Position numbers and translations under genes: made by a program. A DNA stretch of 28,071 nucleotides from an uncultured Alphaproteobacteria bacterium (GTDB taxonomy: Bacteria > Pseudomonadota > Alphaproteobacteria > TMED109), in contig CAYRXL010000001.1 in assembly GCA_964428295.1 (NCBI GenBank), positions 12,559 through 40,629 of the forward strand, read 5' to 3'. Of the stretch, positions 1 to 9,145 are shown one piece after another. A model generated the notes under the pieces. The model saw nothing but the letters and a program-made list of their open reading frames with translations. It ran no database searches and was not told the origin of the DNA. The first letter of the stretch is position 1. Each line of letters begins with the position of its first letter.

Positions 1-1
1 A

Positions 2-268
2 GATTTTCCTAGTTCCAATAATGCTAATACTGAACAAATACAATTATCAACTCGTCAAAAAATTAAAAACAATTGGTCATTTAACTTTAATCAGAACAGA
101 AACCTTGCAGGTGCAAAATTTTCTCAGCCATTAACTTCATCCTGGATCCTGGAGTATGTTGACGAATGTTCAAATATTTCAATATATGTTACTAAGGACA
201 ATACGAGTGACCTAGATATACCATCTACTACAAGCGCAGGGTTTACAATAAAACTTTTTGGATTTTAA
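2..268 (+). CDS. lptD: LPS-assembly protein LptD, C-terminal fragment (5' truncated by window)
   Basis: Stop-free frame from nt 2 to TAA at 266-268: DFPSSNNANTEQIQLSTRQKIKNNWSFNFNQNRNL...WILEYVDECSNISIYVTK...AGFTIKLFGF*. The EY.DEC motif, the aromatic beta-barrel-type C-terminus and the position just upstream of surA fit LptD. Not in the supplied ORF track. Confidence 0.8.
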   Translation, partial: DFPSSNNANTEQIQLSTRQKIKNNWSFNFNQNRNLAGAKFSQPLTSSWILEYVDECSNISIYVTKDNTSDLDIPSTTSAGFTIKLFGF

Positions 269-282
269 ATTTGGATGATTAA

Positions 283-1551
283 TTGATTAAATACTGGTTA
301 AAAATAAAAACATATTTACTTATTTTGTTAATCTTATTAAGTACTTTAACAAAATCTGAAGAAGATAATTTCATTGATATAGCAGCTGTAATAAACAGTG
401 AAATAATAACTACTATAGATTTAGATAATAGAATAAAACTGGCAATTACCCTTTCGAATCTATCTGATACTAAAGAAATTAGAAATCAATTAAAAACTCA
501 AGTTTTGAATGCATTAGTAGAGGAAAAATTAAAAGTTCAAGAAGCTAATCGATTAGGAATCTATGTCTCTAGCGAAGAAATTCAAGATAGTATTAGAATG
601 CTTGAAAAAAGAAATAATATTAAAGCTGGTCAATTCTTTAAAACTTTTATGGAAAAAAACATACCTCAAGAGACTATAATATCTCAAATTAGAAGCGATT
701 TACTATGGGAAAAGCTGATAGTAGGGATGCTCTCACAAAACGTAATAATAAATGAAAGGGAAATAAACCAAGAGCTTTCTCAAATAAAATTAAATGCTGG
801 GAAGCAAGAATATAATCTATCAGAAATATTTATATCTTTTGCAAACTTTGATAGTAAAGATGAAGTTTATAGAGTGGCTAATACAATTCGCGAAAAAGCA
901 AACAAAAAAAACTTCAAATCTTTAGTAAATCAATTTTCGCATAGCGCTACCGCTGCAAAAGGAGGAGGATTAGGATGGATTAGAGAAAGTATGTTAAGCA
1001 ATGATTTCAAAAAGATAATAGGAACAATGAATCCGGGAGAAGTTTCTGCTCCAATAGAAAGCAACACTGGGTATCACATATTCTTGCTTAATCAAAAAAG
1101 CAAGACATTAGATCCAGAAGAGACTAAAAAAGAATATGAATTATCACATATTTTTTTCCCCAACCAAAGTGCTGACATTAACCAAAAAAATAACGACTTA
1201 GATCTAGCAAAAACAATCAGTGGCATTGCAAACGGATGTGACGATCTGACAAGGATATCTAAAGAGTTAGGTTCAGGTTACGGTGGCAAGTTAGGATTTA
1301 TTGAAGAAAACAACCTTTCTGATGCTTTTTTATCTGTAGTTAAAACTCTAGAAGTAGGAAAACCCAGCCAGCCCTTAAAAGTGGAAAATGGAATACATAT
1401 ATTAATGCTATGTTCTCCTATAATAAATCAAAATGAGGAGACCTTAAAAAATAAGATAGAAAATAAACTAAGAAATAGAGAAATTAGAATATCTGCAGAT
1501 GTACTATTAAATAAAATTAAAAAAGGTGCACTTATAGACTTAAGAATATGA
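283..1551 (+). CDS. surA: Periplasmic chaperone / peptidyl-prolyl isomerase SurA
   Basis: Signal peptide, SurA N-domain (IAAVINSEIITTIDL), two parvulin domains (FKSLVNQFSHSATAAKGGGLGWI; GYGGKLGFI...VGKPSQPL...GIHIL), and lptD-surA-rsmA context. TTG start. Confidence 0.9.
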   Translation: MIKYWLKIKTYLLILLILLSTLTKSEEDNFIDIAAVINSEIITTIDLDNRIKLAITLSNLSDTKEIRNQLKTQVLNALVEEKLKVQEANRLGIYVSSEEIQDSIRMLEKRNNIKAGQFFKTFMEKNIPQETIISQIRSDLLWEKLIVGMLSQNVIINEREINQELSQIKLNAGKQEYNLSEIFISFANFDSKDEVYRVANTIREKANKKNFKSLVNQFSHSATAAKGGGLGWIRESMLSNDFKKIIGTMNPGEVSAPIESNTGYHIFLLNQKSKTLDPEETKKEYELSHIFFPNQSADINQKNNDLDLAKTISGIANGCDDLTRISKELGSGYGGKLGFIEENNLSDAFLSVVKTLEVGKPSQPLKVENGIHILMLCSPIINQNEETLKNKIENKLRNREIRISADVLLNKIKKGALIDLRI

Positions 1552-2384
1552 ACAAAACTTCTCCAATAAATAAACTACCTAAAATATCTGAAATTAATAG
1601 ATTCTACGGTATAAAAGCTAAAAAGAAATATGGACAAAATTTCATTTATGACTTTAATATTCTCAATAAGATTGTAAAATTAACTTCTCCGTTAGAAAAT
1701 TACTCCATTATAGAAATTGGAGCTGGCCCTGGCGGTTTATCTAGAGCTATTTTAGACCAATCTCCATTAAAGCTAATAGTAATAGAAAAAGATCCTATTT
1801 TTATAAAACCTCTAAGAGAAATAGAAAAGTTATATAAAGATAAAGTTGAAATAATAGAAAATGATGCCCTAGAAATTAATATAGGCACTTTATGTAAAAA
1901 TCCAACAAAAATAATAGCTAATCTACCATATAATATTTCGACCAAATTGCTGGAAAAGTGGCTTCCACCTCACAAAAACATTGATGAATTCATATTAACT
2001 TTCCAGAAAGAGGTTGCAGAAAGAATTATCTCGAACCCTAGAAGCAAAAATTACAGTCGTCTATCTGTCTTGTCTCAATGGTCTTGCGACGCAAGCATAA
2101 TGATGTATATCTCACCCGAATCTTTTACACCAAAACCTAAAGTTGATAGTGCAGTAGTAAAGTTAAAGCCAAAAAGAGCAATCTATTCAAATACAAATCC
2201 TCTAATGTTAAAAAAAATTACTAAAGCAGCATTCTCTAAACGAAGAAAAATAATAAAGAATTCTTTGTCTATATTTGATAATATTGAAAGAATATGTCAA
2301 ATAGCAGGTATACCGATCAACTCAAGGGCTGAAGAAGTATCAGTAGAAAAATATTGTCAACTATCTGCATTAATAAAAGATTAA
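1548..2384 (+). CDS. rsmA: 16S rRNA m6(2)A1518/1519 dimethyltransferase RsmA/KsgA
   Basis: KKKYGQNF, IEIGAGPGGLS, ANLPYNIS, FQKEVAERI, FTPKPKVDSAVV and RAEEVS motifs. ATGA overlap with the surA stop. Confidence 0.97.
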   Translation: MNKTSPINKLPKISEINRFYGIKAKKKYGQNFIYDFNILNKIVKLTSPLENYSIIEIGAGPGGLSRAILDQSPLKLIVIEKDPIFIKPLREIEKLYKDKVEIIENDALEINIGTLCKNPTKIIANLPYNISTKLLEKWLPPHKNIDEFILTFQKEVAERIISNPRSKNYSRLSVLSQWSCDASIMMYISPESFTPKPKVDSAVVKLKPKRAIYSNTNPLMLKKITKAAFSKRRKIIKNSLSIFDNIERICQIAGIPINSRAEEVSVEKYCQLSALIKD

Positions 2385-3031
2385 AAACTTGAGTTAATTA
2401 TAATATTTCTAATAAAATTAGATAACCCCACTTGCCTTTCCCTTTTTAGCCTTTCAGCTACTAAGATTGACTTTATGTCACTTAGGCTCTCTTCAATGTC
2501 ATAATTAACAATTATATAATCATATTCTGCCCAATGAGTTATATCTGATTCTGCCTCTTCCATTCTTTTTAAAACTTCTTCTTCTGAATCTTGTCCTCTT
2601 TTTCTAAGCCTTTTCTCTAATTCTTTAGTGCTTGGAGGAAGAACAAATATTGAAACTATATTCTTATTTTCAATTTGCCTTAAAGTTTGAGTGCCTTGCC
2701 AATCAATATCAAAAACAACATCTATACCTTTATTGATATTATCCATGACCGGCTTTTTAGGAGTACCATATTTATTTCCAAAAACCTCAGCATATTCAAG
2801 AAAGTCTCCATTCTTAACCATATTATCAAATTTGGCATCAGTAACAAAATAATAATCTGAGCTATCTTTTTCAGTATCTCTTGGAAGTCTGGTAGTATAA
2901 GAAACAGACATAGCTATATTCGTATCCAGCTCAGTTAGTTTTCTCACCAAAGACGTTTTTCCAGCTCCAGATGGAGAAGATACTACCAACATTATTCCAG
3001 ACCTAAGTATTTTTAATCTTTTTGGTATCAT
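2381..3031 (-). CDS. gmk: Guanylate kinase
   Basis: SSPSGAGKTS P-loop, SVSYTTR, FLEYAEVFGNKYGTP, DIDWQG, FVLPPS, EYDYIIVN. Confidence 0.98.
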   Translation of the reverse strand: MIPKRLKILRSGIMLVVSSPSGAGKTSLVRKLTELDTNIAMSVSYTTRLPRDTEKDSSDYYFVTDAKFDNMVKNGDFLEYAEVFGNKYGTPKKPVMDNINKGIDVVFDIDWQGTQTLRQIENKNIVSIFVLPPSTKELEKRLRKRGQDSEEEVLKRMEEAESDITHWAEYDYIIVNYDIEESLSDIKSILVAERLKRERQVGLSNFIRNIIINSSF

Positions 3032-3070
3032 TTAAATAATACCTATATAATATTTTGGGATTTTAGTATA

Positions 3071-4063
3071 CTAACAATCTTTATATTTTTTACATCTTAT
3101 AATTTTTCTAAAAACCCTTACATTTCTGTTATGTTCTTTAAGTGAGCTACTAAAATTGTGACCACCATAACCATCTGCAACAAAGTAAAGATCATCCGTT
3201 TCTAGAGGAAGAACAGCTGCCAAAAGTGAGTTTATACCTGGATTTGATATTGGAGTAGGAGGCAAGCCTCTATAAAGATAAGTATTCCATGGAGTATCAA
3301 GATTTAAATCTTGCTTACTTAAAACCTTTGTATTCTTCTCATATACTTTCATTAATCCATATATTACAGTAGGATCTGACTGTAATAGCATCTTTTTTTT
3401 AAGTCTGTTGTGAAAAACTCCAGATATATGAGATTTTTCGTTAATTAAGCCAGACTCTTTTTCTATCACTGACGCTAAGATTAGAGCATCTTTTGAGTCT
3501 CTTAATAAAAGATTAGAATCTCTTAGCAACCAGACTTCTTTTAAAGATTTTTTCATTGATTTTTGCATTCTTATTATTATAGATTGCTTAGTATCATTAA
3601 AGTGATAGAAATATGTCTCGGGTAGCAGAGTGCCTTCTTCAGGAATATTCAAAATATCACCAGATAATCCCTCTGCAGAATATAACACATCAATTATTTG
3701 TTTACTTGTAAGTCCTTCAGGTATCGTCAATCGGCGAGAGTAAATTTTACCCTTAGAAATCCTATCAATTACTGATATTAAATTTGTTTTGGATGAAAAA
3801 TAATATTCGCCTGCTTTTAGATCGCCTGATTTTCTAAATAAAATAATACAAATTAGAAAAATATTTTTATTTTCTATAATTCCTTTTTCTTTTAGTAAAT
3901 TAGCTATCCTTACGTCACTAGTACCTTTTGGAATGTATACAAGGTTTTCCTGTATTTCAGGGCCAGGCATGTTGATTTTATAAATTAAAAATAATGAAGC
4001 AAACCCAAATGTCAAAATAAAAAGTAGTGCTATAATAATTATAGACTGCCTAAATTTAAACAT
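3071..4063 (-). CDS. mltG: Endolytic transglycosylase MltG (YceG-like)
   Basis: N-terminal TM helix, LKAGEY, TIPEGLT, EGTLLPETY, LASVIEKES (catalytic Glu), LQSDPTVIY, WNTYLYRGLPPTPISNPG, LYFVADG.GGHNFS. Confidence 0.96.
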   Translation of the reverse strand: MFKFRQSIIIIALLFILTFGFASLFLIYKINMPGPEIQENLVYIPKGTSDVRIANLLKEKGIIENKNIFLICIILFRKSGDLKAGEYYFSSKTNLISVIDRISKGKIYSRRLTIPEGLTSKQIIDVLYSAEGLSGDILNIPEEGTLLPETYFYHFNDTKQSIIIRMQKSMKKSLKEVWLLRDSNLLLRDSKDALILASVIEKESGLINEKSHISGVFHNRLKKKMLLQSDPTVIYGLMKVYEKNTKVLSKQDLNLDTPWNTYLYRGLPPTPISNPGINSLLAAVLPLETDDLYFVADGYGGHNFSSSLKEHNRNVRVFRKIIRCKKYKDC

Positions 4064-4066
4064 ACA

Positions 4067-5329
4067 TCAGAGCACCTTACCAACTACTAAAGATGCGTTA
4101 GTTCCTCCAAATCCAAAAGAATTTGACAATGCTAAGTCTACCTTTTTCTCTCTAGAATTATTTGCTACTAAATCTATTTTTTCTGATCCTTCACAAGGTT
4201 TCTCTAAGTTTAAAGTTGGTGGCAAAATATTATGATATGTTGCCAAAATAGATATTATGGCCTCAACAGCACCAGCTGCACCCAATAAATGACCAATAGA
4301 AGACTTTGTGGAGCTCATTGATAGTTTTTTTACATGATCACCAAAAAGCCTATAAACAGCACCTAATTCAATTTTATCTCCTAAAGGTGTTGAAGTTCCG
4401 TGAGCATTAATATAATCAATTTTATTTAAATTTAAAGAACCACTCTTTATTGCAGCTAACATAGATCTATAACCCCCATCTCCGTCCTCTGATGGAGCGG
4501 TTATGTGATAAGCATCGCCAGACATACCATATCCTAAAATTTCCGCATAAATCTTAGCTCCTCTTTTTTTAGCAATTGTATATTCTTCTAAAATAACCAC
4601 GCCTGCCCCTTCTCCCATAACAAATCCATCTCTTCCTTCATCCCAAGGTCTTGAAGCTTTATCTGGGATATCATTATATTTTGTAGACAGCGCTCTTGCA
4701 GCTGCAAAACCAGCAATGCCAAGTCTACATACAGCGGCTTCAGACCCACCAGCAACCATCATATCAGCTTCACCTGCCTTAATTATTCTACTAGCATCTC
4801 CAATAGCATGAGCTCCAGTTGAACAGGCAGTTACTACTGAATGATTTGGTCCCTTTAATCCATATTTTATTGAAACCTGACCAGACGCTAAATTAATTAA
4901 ACATGAGGGTATGAAAAATGGGCTCATTCTTCTTGGTCCTTTGACGTTTAATGTTTCATTAGCTTTTGCTATGGATTGCAATCCACCAATTCCTGATCCA
5001 ATTAAAACACCTGCCCTTAGATTATCTTTTTCTGTTATTGCTTTCCACCCAGAATCTGATAATGCCTCATCAGCTGCAGCGATTGCGTAAAGTATAAAAT
5101 CATCAATTTTTCTCTGCTCTTTTATTTCAAGAATATCATCAGGGTTGAAACCAGAAAGGTCATCTGTTCTAGGAATTTGACCAGCTATTTTTACTGGTAA
5201 ATCATCTACATCAAAACCTACTACTCTCCTTATTCCTGACTTACCAGAAAACAATTTATCCCAAGTCTGGTCAACCCCTGCAGCTAAGGGTGTTAACATA
5301 CCTAATCCCGTCACTACAACTCTTCTCAT
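4067..5329 (-). CDS. fabF: 3-oxoacyl-ACP synthase II
   Basis: RRVVVTGLG, TACSTG (catalytic Cys), YINAHGTST, KSSIGHLLGAAG (His, His), SNSFGFGGTN. Confidence 0.98.
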   Translation of the reverse strand: MRRVVVTGLGMLTPLAAGVDQTWDKLFSGKSGIRRVVGFDVDDLPVKIAGQIPRTDDLSGFNPDDILEIKEQRKIDDFILYAIAAADEALSDSGWKAITEKDNLRAGVLIGSGIGGLQSIAKANETLNVKGPRRMSPFFIPSCLINLASGQVSIKYGLKGPNHSVVTACSTGAHAIGDASRIIKAGEADMMVAGGSEAAVCRLGIAGFAAARALSTKYNDIPDKASRPWDEGRDGFVMGEGAGVVILEEYTIAKKRGAKIYAEILGYGMSGDAYHITAPSEDGDGGYRSMLAAIKSGSLNLNKIDYINAHGTSTPLGDKIELGAVYRLFGDHVKKLSMSSTKSSIGHLLGAAGAVEAIISILATYHNILPPTLNLEKPCEGSEKIDLVANNSREKKVDLALSNSFGFGGTNASLVVGKVL

Positions 5330-5341
5330 ATTGACTACCTA

Positions 5342-5575
5342 CTAAACTTTTTCCTCTATATAATTAATTGCGTCTTTTACTGTTACTATTTTTTCAGCTA
5401 TATCATCTGGAATTTCACAATCAAATTCCTCTTCAAATGCCATGACTAACTCTACTGTATCTAGGCTATCTGCTCCTAAATCATCAATAAAAGAAGCTTC
5501 CTCCGTAACCTTATCCACATCTACACCTAAATGTTCTACTACAATCTTTTTTACTTTTTCAGATACATCTTTCAT
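5342..5575 (-). CDS. acpP: Acyl carrier protein
   Basis: [21 protein letters not shown] phosphopantetheine site, located between fabG and fabF. Confidence 0.99.
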   Translation of the reverse strand: MKDVSEKVKKIVVEHLGVDVDKVTEEASFIDDLGADSLDTVELVMAFEEEFDCEIPDDIAEKIVTVKDAINYIEEKV

Positions 5576-5703
5576 AAGACACCCTCATTAAATTAAATTT
5601 ATAAATTATATACAATTTCAAGTTTATTCAATCGCTTTTATTAAGTTAAATTAAATATTTTATATGGCAATAATAATAGTATAATAGTTTCATTTAAAAA
5701 ATT

Positions 5704-6444
5704 TTATACCATAACCAACCCTCCATTTAAATGGATTGTCTGTCCTGTTATATAGCTAGCTTCATCACTAGATAAAAATTTAACCAAATTAGCAACATCT
5801 CTTGCTTCACCTATTCTTCTTTGTGGAATTACTGACAAAATTTCATCAGACCTTTTTTCTAAAATACTCTCCGTCATTTCAGTCTTAATAAACCCTGGAG
5901 CTATACAATTTACTGTTATACCTCTACTAGCTACCTCTAAAGCTAAAGACTTAGTCATACCTATCATCCCTGCTTTAGAAGCAGAATAGTTAGATTGACC
6001 TATATTACCTGTAACTCCTATTATAGAGGAAATGTTGATTATTCTCCCATACTTATTTTTCATCATACCCCTTATAACTTCTCTCGATAGAAAAAAAGTT
6101 GAATTTAGAGTTAGATTTATTACATCAAACCAATCCTCATTTTTCATTCTGATAGAAAGATTATCTCTATTTATTCCAGCATTATTTACAAGAATTTCAA
6201 TATTTCCATTAAGTTTTTTTTCAGCTACATCAACTAAATTCTTTACATTATAGTCTTTACTTATATCAGTCGGAATAACTATTACATCATTTTTAAATTT
6301 ATCAGATAACAAAGCAAGTTTTTCTTTATTTGTTCCTGTTAAAGCCAATTTAACCCCAAGTTTATATAAAATTTCTGCAATAGAAGATCCAATACCTCCT
6401 GTAGCTCCTGTTATCAATGCTCTTTTATCGCCTAAATTAGTCAT
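5704..6444 (-). CDS. fabG: 3-oxoacyl-ACP reductase
   Basis: TGATGGIG, NNAGI.RD, GQSNYSASKAG, NCIAPGFI, ITGQTIHLNGG, fabD-fabG-acpP-fabF order. ATG at 6444 preferred over the track's TTG at 6450. Confidence 0.96.
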   Translation of the reverse strand: MTNLGDKRALITGATGGIGSSIAEILYKLGVKLALTGTNKEKLALLSDKFKNDVIVIPTDISKDYNVKNLVDVAEKKLNGNIEILVNNAGINRDNLSIRMKNEDWFDVINLTLNSTFFLSREVIRGMMKNKYGRIINISSIIGVTGNIGQSNYSASKAGMIGMTKSLALEVASRGITVNCIAPGFIKTEMTESILEKRSDEILSVIPQRRIGEARDVANLVKFLSSDEASYITGQTIHLNGGLVMV

Positions 6445-6461
6445 GCGCAATATATCTTATA

Positions 6462-7403
6462 TTATAAAGTTTTACTTAATTCATCCAAATCTTCAGGACT
6501 GTTAATACTCATAGCCTTAGCTTTCTTGTTAATTCTCCTTATAAGACCACTTAATACGTTTCCAGAACCTATTTCAACAAATTTTTCAATTCCTCTTGAT
6601 TGCATATATAATATACTTTCTCTCCAACGAACAACACTCGTTATTTGTTCTATAAGCAACCTCTTTATTTCATCGCTAGAATTTACAGATACAGCAGTTA
6701 CATTCGATACTAAATTTACTTTTCTCATTTTAATGTCAGTATTATTAATAAAATCTTTCATAATACTAGCTGCCGGATCCATTAATGAACAATGAAATGG
6801 GGCACTAACAGGAAGTTTGATTGCTCTAGGTACATTATTTGTTTTTGCTTGCTCAATTGCTCTATCTATTGCATCAATGTTGCCAGAAATAACAATTTGA
6901 CCGGGAGCATTATCATTCGCTATTTCACATATTTCATTTTGAGCAACCAATTTTACTAAATTTGAAACCACTTCAAAGTCCGCACCAATCAATGCTGCCA
7001 TACCTCCATGACCTAGTGGCACAGCATCTTGCATGCTTTTACCTCTAATTCTGAGTAATTTAGACACTTCATCCAGTGATATAGCATCTATGGCACATAA
7101 CGCACTATACTCACCCAGAGAGTGTCCTGCTACTAATCCAATTTCTTCACAAAGGTTAAATCCTAAATCTTTAATTAAAACTCTTGTTAAAGCTATTGAT
7201 ACTGCCATTAAAGCAGGTTGCGAATTTTCTGTAAGAGTTAATTCTTCCATTGGACCATAAAATATTAATTTAGAAAGTTTTTGTGACAAAACATCATCCA
7301 CTTCCTCAAAAACTTCTCGTGCTGTTCTAAATGAATCATGGACCTCTTTTCCCATTCCAATTTTTTGAGAACCTTGTCCAGGAAAAATAAAAGATGATTT
7401 CAT
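6462..7403 (-). CDS. fabD: Malonyl-CoA:ACP transacylase
   Basis: FIFPGQGSQ, QPAL, AGHSLGEYSAL (catalytic Ser), NDNAPGQIVISG, VSAPFHCSLM, VRWRES. Confidence 0.98.
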   Translation of the reverse strand: MKSSFIFPGQGSQKIGMGKEVHDSFRTAREVFEEVDDVLSQKLSKLIFYGPMEELTLTENSQPALMAVSIALTRVLIKDLGFNLCEEIGLVAGHSLGEYSALCAIDAISLDEVSKLLRIRGKSMQDAVPLGHGGMAALIGADFEVVSNLVKLVAQNEICEIANDNAPGQIVISGNIDAIDRAIEQAKTNNVPRAIKLPVSAPFHCSLMDPAASIMKDFINNTDIKMRKVNLVSNVTAVSVNSSDEIKRLLIEQITSVVRWRESILYMQSRGIEKFVEIGSGNVLSGLIRRINKKAKAMSINSPEDLDELSKTL

Positions 7404-7557
7404 AAATAACCTATATTAAAAGATACTCCTATTCGTCAATACTTAATTTAAAAAAAAATTATATATAAAATTTTTAATTTTAACTTGAAACTAATTTAGT
7501 TTTGATTATATTTCAAAGGCTAGAAAATATTTTTGTTTAATTTTATAAGAGGAAAGT

Positions 7558-7995
7558 ATGAGCCTTTATGAAAGTGTATTTATAGTAAGACAAGAGTTAT
7601 CTCCTAATGAAGTAAACAATATTGCTGATAAATATATAAGCGTAATTGAAAAAACTGGTGGAAAACTAATAAAGAAAGAAGATTGGGGAATTAGAAATCT
7701 TGCATATCAAATTAAAAACAACAGAAAAGGCAATTATATTCTCTTTCATTTAGATTCTAAGAGTTCTACTGTGACAGAACTTGAAAGATTATTTAAAATT
7801 GACGATGACATAATTAGATATCTTACTACAAAAGTAAGTGAAATTTCTGATGAGCCATCTGATATAATTAAAGACAAATTAGATAAAGAAGAGAACGAAA
7901 AAGATTCCTTCAAAAACTACGATAATTCTGATAAAAATAGAGGAAAAGTAGCAAAAAAGGAATCCTTAGCAGAGGAAACTAAAAATGAGATTTGA
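7558..7995 (+). CDS. rpsF: 30S ribosomal protein S6 with charged C-terminal tail
   Basis: [34 protein letters not shown], rpsF-rpsR-rplI order. Confidence 0.97.
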   Translation: MSLYESVFIVRQELSPNEVNNIADKYISVIEKTGGKLIKKEDWGIRNLAYQIKNNRKGNYILFHLDSKSSTVTELERLFKIDDDIIRYLTTKVSEISDEPSDIIKDKLDKEENEKDSFKNYDNSDKNRGKVAKKESLAEETKNEI

Positions 7996-8251
7996 TGATA
8001 GAAATTCTGCCATAAACCAACAAAAGAAACTTTTCATGAGAAGAAAGAAATCTTGTCCTTTAAGTGGCGAAAATGCTCCTAAGATAGATTACAAAAATAT
8101 AAAATTACTTCAAAAATTTATTTCCGAAAGAGGAAAAATAGTTCCAAGTAGAATTAGCGCTGTATCAACAGCTAAACAAAGAATGTTATCTATAGAAATT
8201 AAAAAGGCAAGAATTCTAGCCTTACTACCTTTTTCAGGCAGGTATAGGTAA
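7985..8251 (+). CDS. rpsR: 30S ribosomal protein S18
   Basis: RRKKSCP...[26 protein letters not shown]...[12 protein letters not shown]. Confidence 0.98.
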   Translation: MRFDDRNSAINQQKKLFMRRKKSCPLSGENAPKIDYKNIKLLQKFISERGKIVPSRISAVSTAKQRMLSIEIKKARILALLPFSGRYR

Positions 8252-8255
8252 TACA

Positions 8256-8996
8256 ATGGAAATAATACTCTTAGAAAAAATAGAAAAACTAGGTAATCTG
8301 GGAGATGTTGTAACCGTAAAGAACGGTTTTGCCAGAAATTATTTATTACCTCAAAAAAAAGCATTAAGAGCTACAAATAAAAATAAAAAAGTTTTTGATG
8401 ATAGAAAAGCAGAAATAACAAAGAAAAATGAAAGTCTTAAAAAAGAAGCATTGTCTTTATCAAAAAAAATTAAAGATTTAAATATTGCTATTATAAGGCA
8501 AGCAAGCGATCAGGGACAATTATATGGTTCAGTTACTGCAAGAGATATAGTTGGTGAACTGAACGCAGATAATATTACCTTAACACCAAAACAAGTTAGA
8601 CTAAACCAATCTATAAAAAATCTTGGTCTGTACAAAATAAAGATATACCTTCACCCAGAAGTTATAGTAGATTTAGATTTGAATATTGCAAGAAGTAAAG
8701 AAGAAGCAGACATTCAACTTAAAGAAGGTAAAATATCATTAAAATCTACTATATCTAAAAAAGAAAAAACTATAAAAAGTGAAGAGGTTTTTGAATCTGA
8801 AAAACAAATAGAACAATACGAAAATAAAATTAATAGCAATGAAAATGAAAGTAATGGTGTTGAAAACAAAATTGATAATGATGAAAGCAAACTACTAGAA
8901 TCAGAAAAAAACGAATCACAAAAACCGATATCAGCAAAAGAGAATAAAAATTTGGAATCATCTCAAGAAAAAGAGATAAAAAAAGATAAAAATTGA
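8256..8996 (+). CDS. rplI: 50S ribosomal protein L9 with long charged C-terminal extension
   Basis: MEIILLEKIEKLG.LGDVVTVKNGFARNYLLPQKKA, GQLYGSVT, IKNLG, LHPEV. About 95 extra low-complexity residues after ~aa 151. Confidence 0.97.
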   Translation: MEIILLEKIEKLGNLGDVVTVKNGFARNYLLPQKKALRATNKNKKVFDDRKAEITKKNESLKKEALSLSKKIKDLNIAIIRQASDQGQLYGSVTARDIVGELNADNITLTPKQVRLNQSIKNLGLYKIKIYLHPEVIVDLDLNIARSKEEADIQLKEGKISLKSTISKKEKTIKSEEVFESEKQIEQYENKINSNENESNGVENKIDNDESKLLESEKNESQKPISAKENKNLESSQEKEIKKDKN

Positions 8997-9145
8997 ATGA
9001 TATGATATTTCTAATACACTATTTTTAAAATCTTTTTTTTTTTTGCCCCCATACTTATTATTATTAAAACAATCAATAATTGAAAATATTGATTTATTTT
9101 ATTGAATATTTATAGAATAATTTTCTCCATACTAAAGATAAATTT

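Noticed and set aside
5511-5519. Perfect DnaA box TTATCCACA
   Set aside because: Single copy inside acpP, explained by the codons for V-D-K; no cluster of boxes suggesting oriC.
5576-5703. TTAA-rich spacers resembling CtrA boxes (also 7404-7557, 17272-17398, 20418-20525)
   Set aside because: No exact TTAA-N7-TTAA found in the spots checked, and near matches are expected by chance at this AT content.
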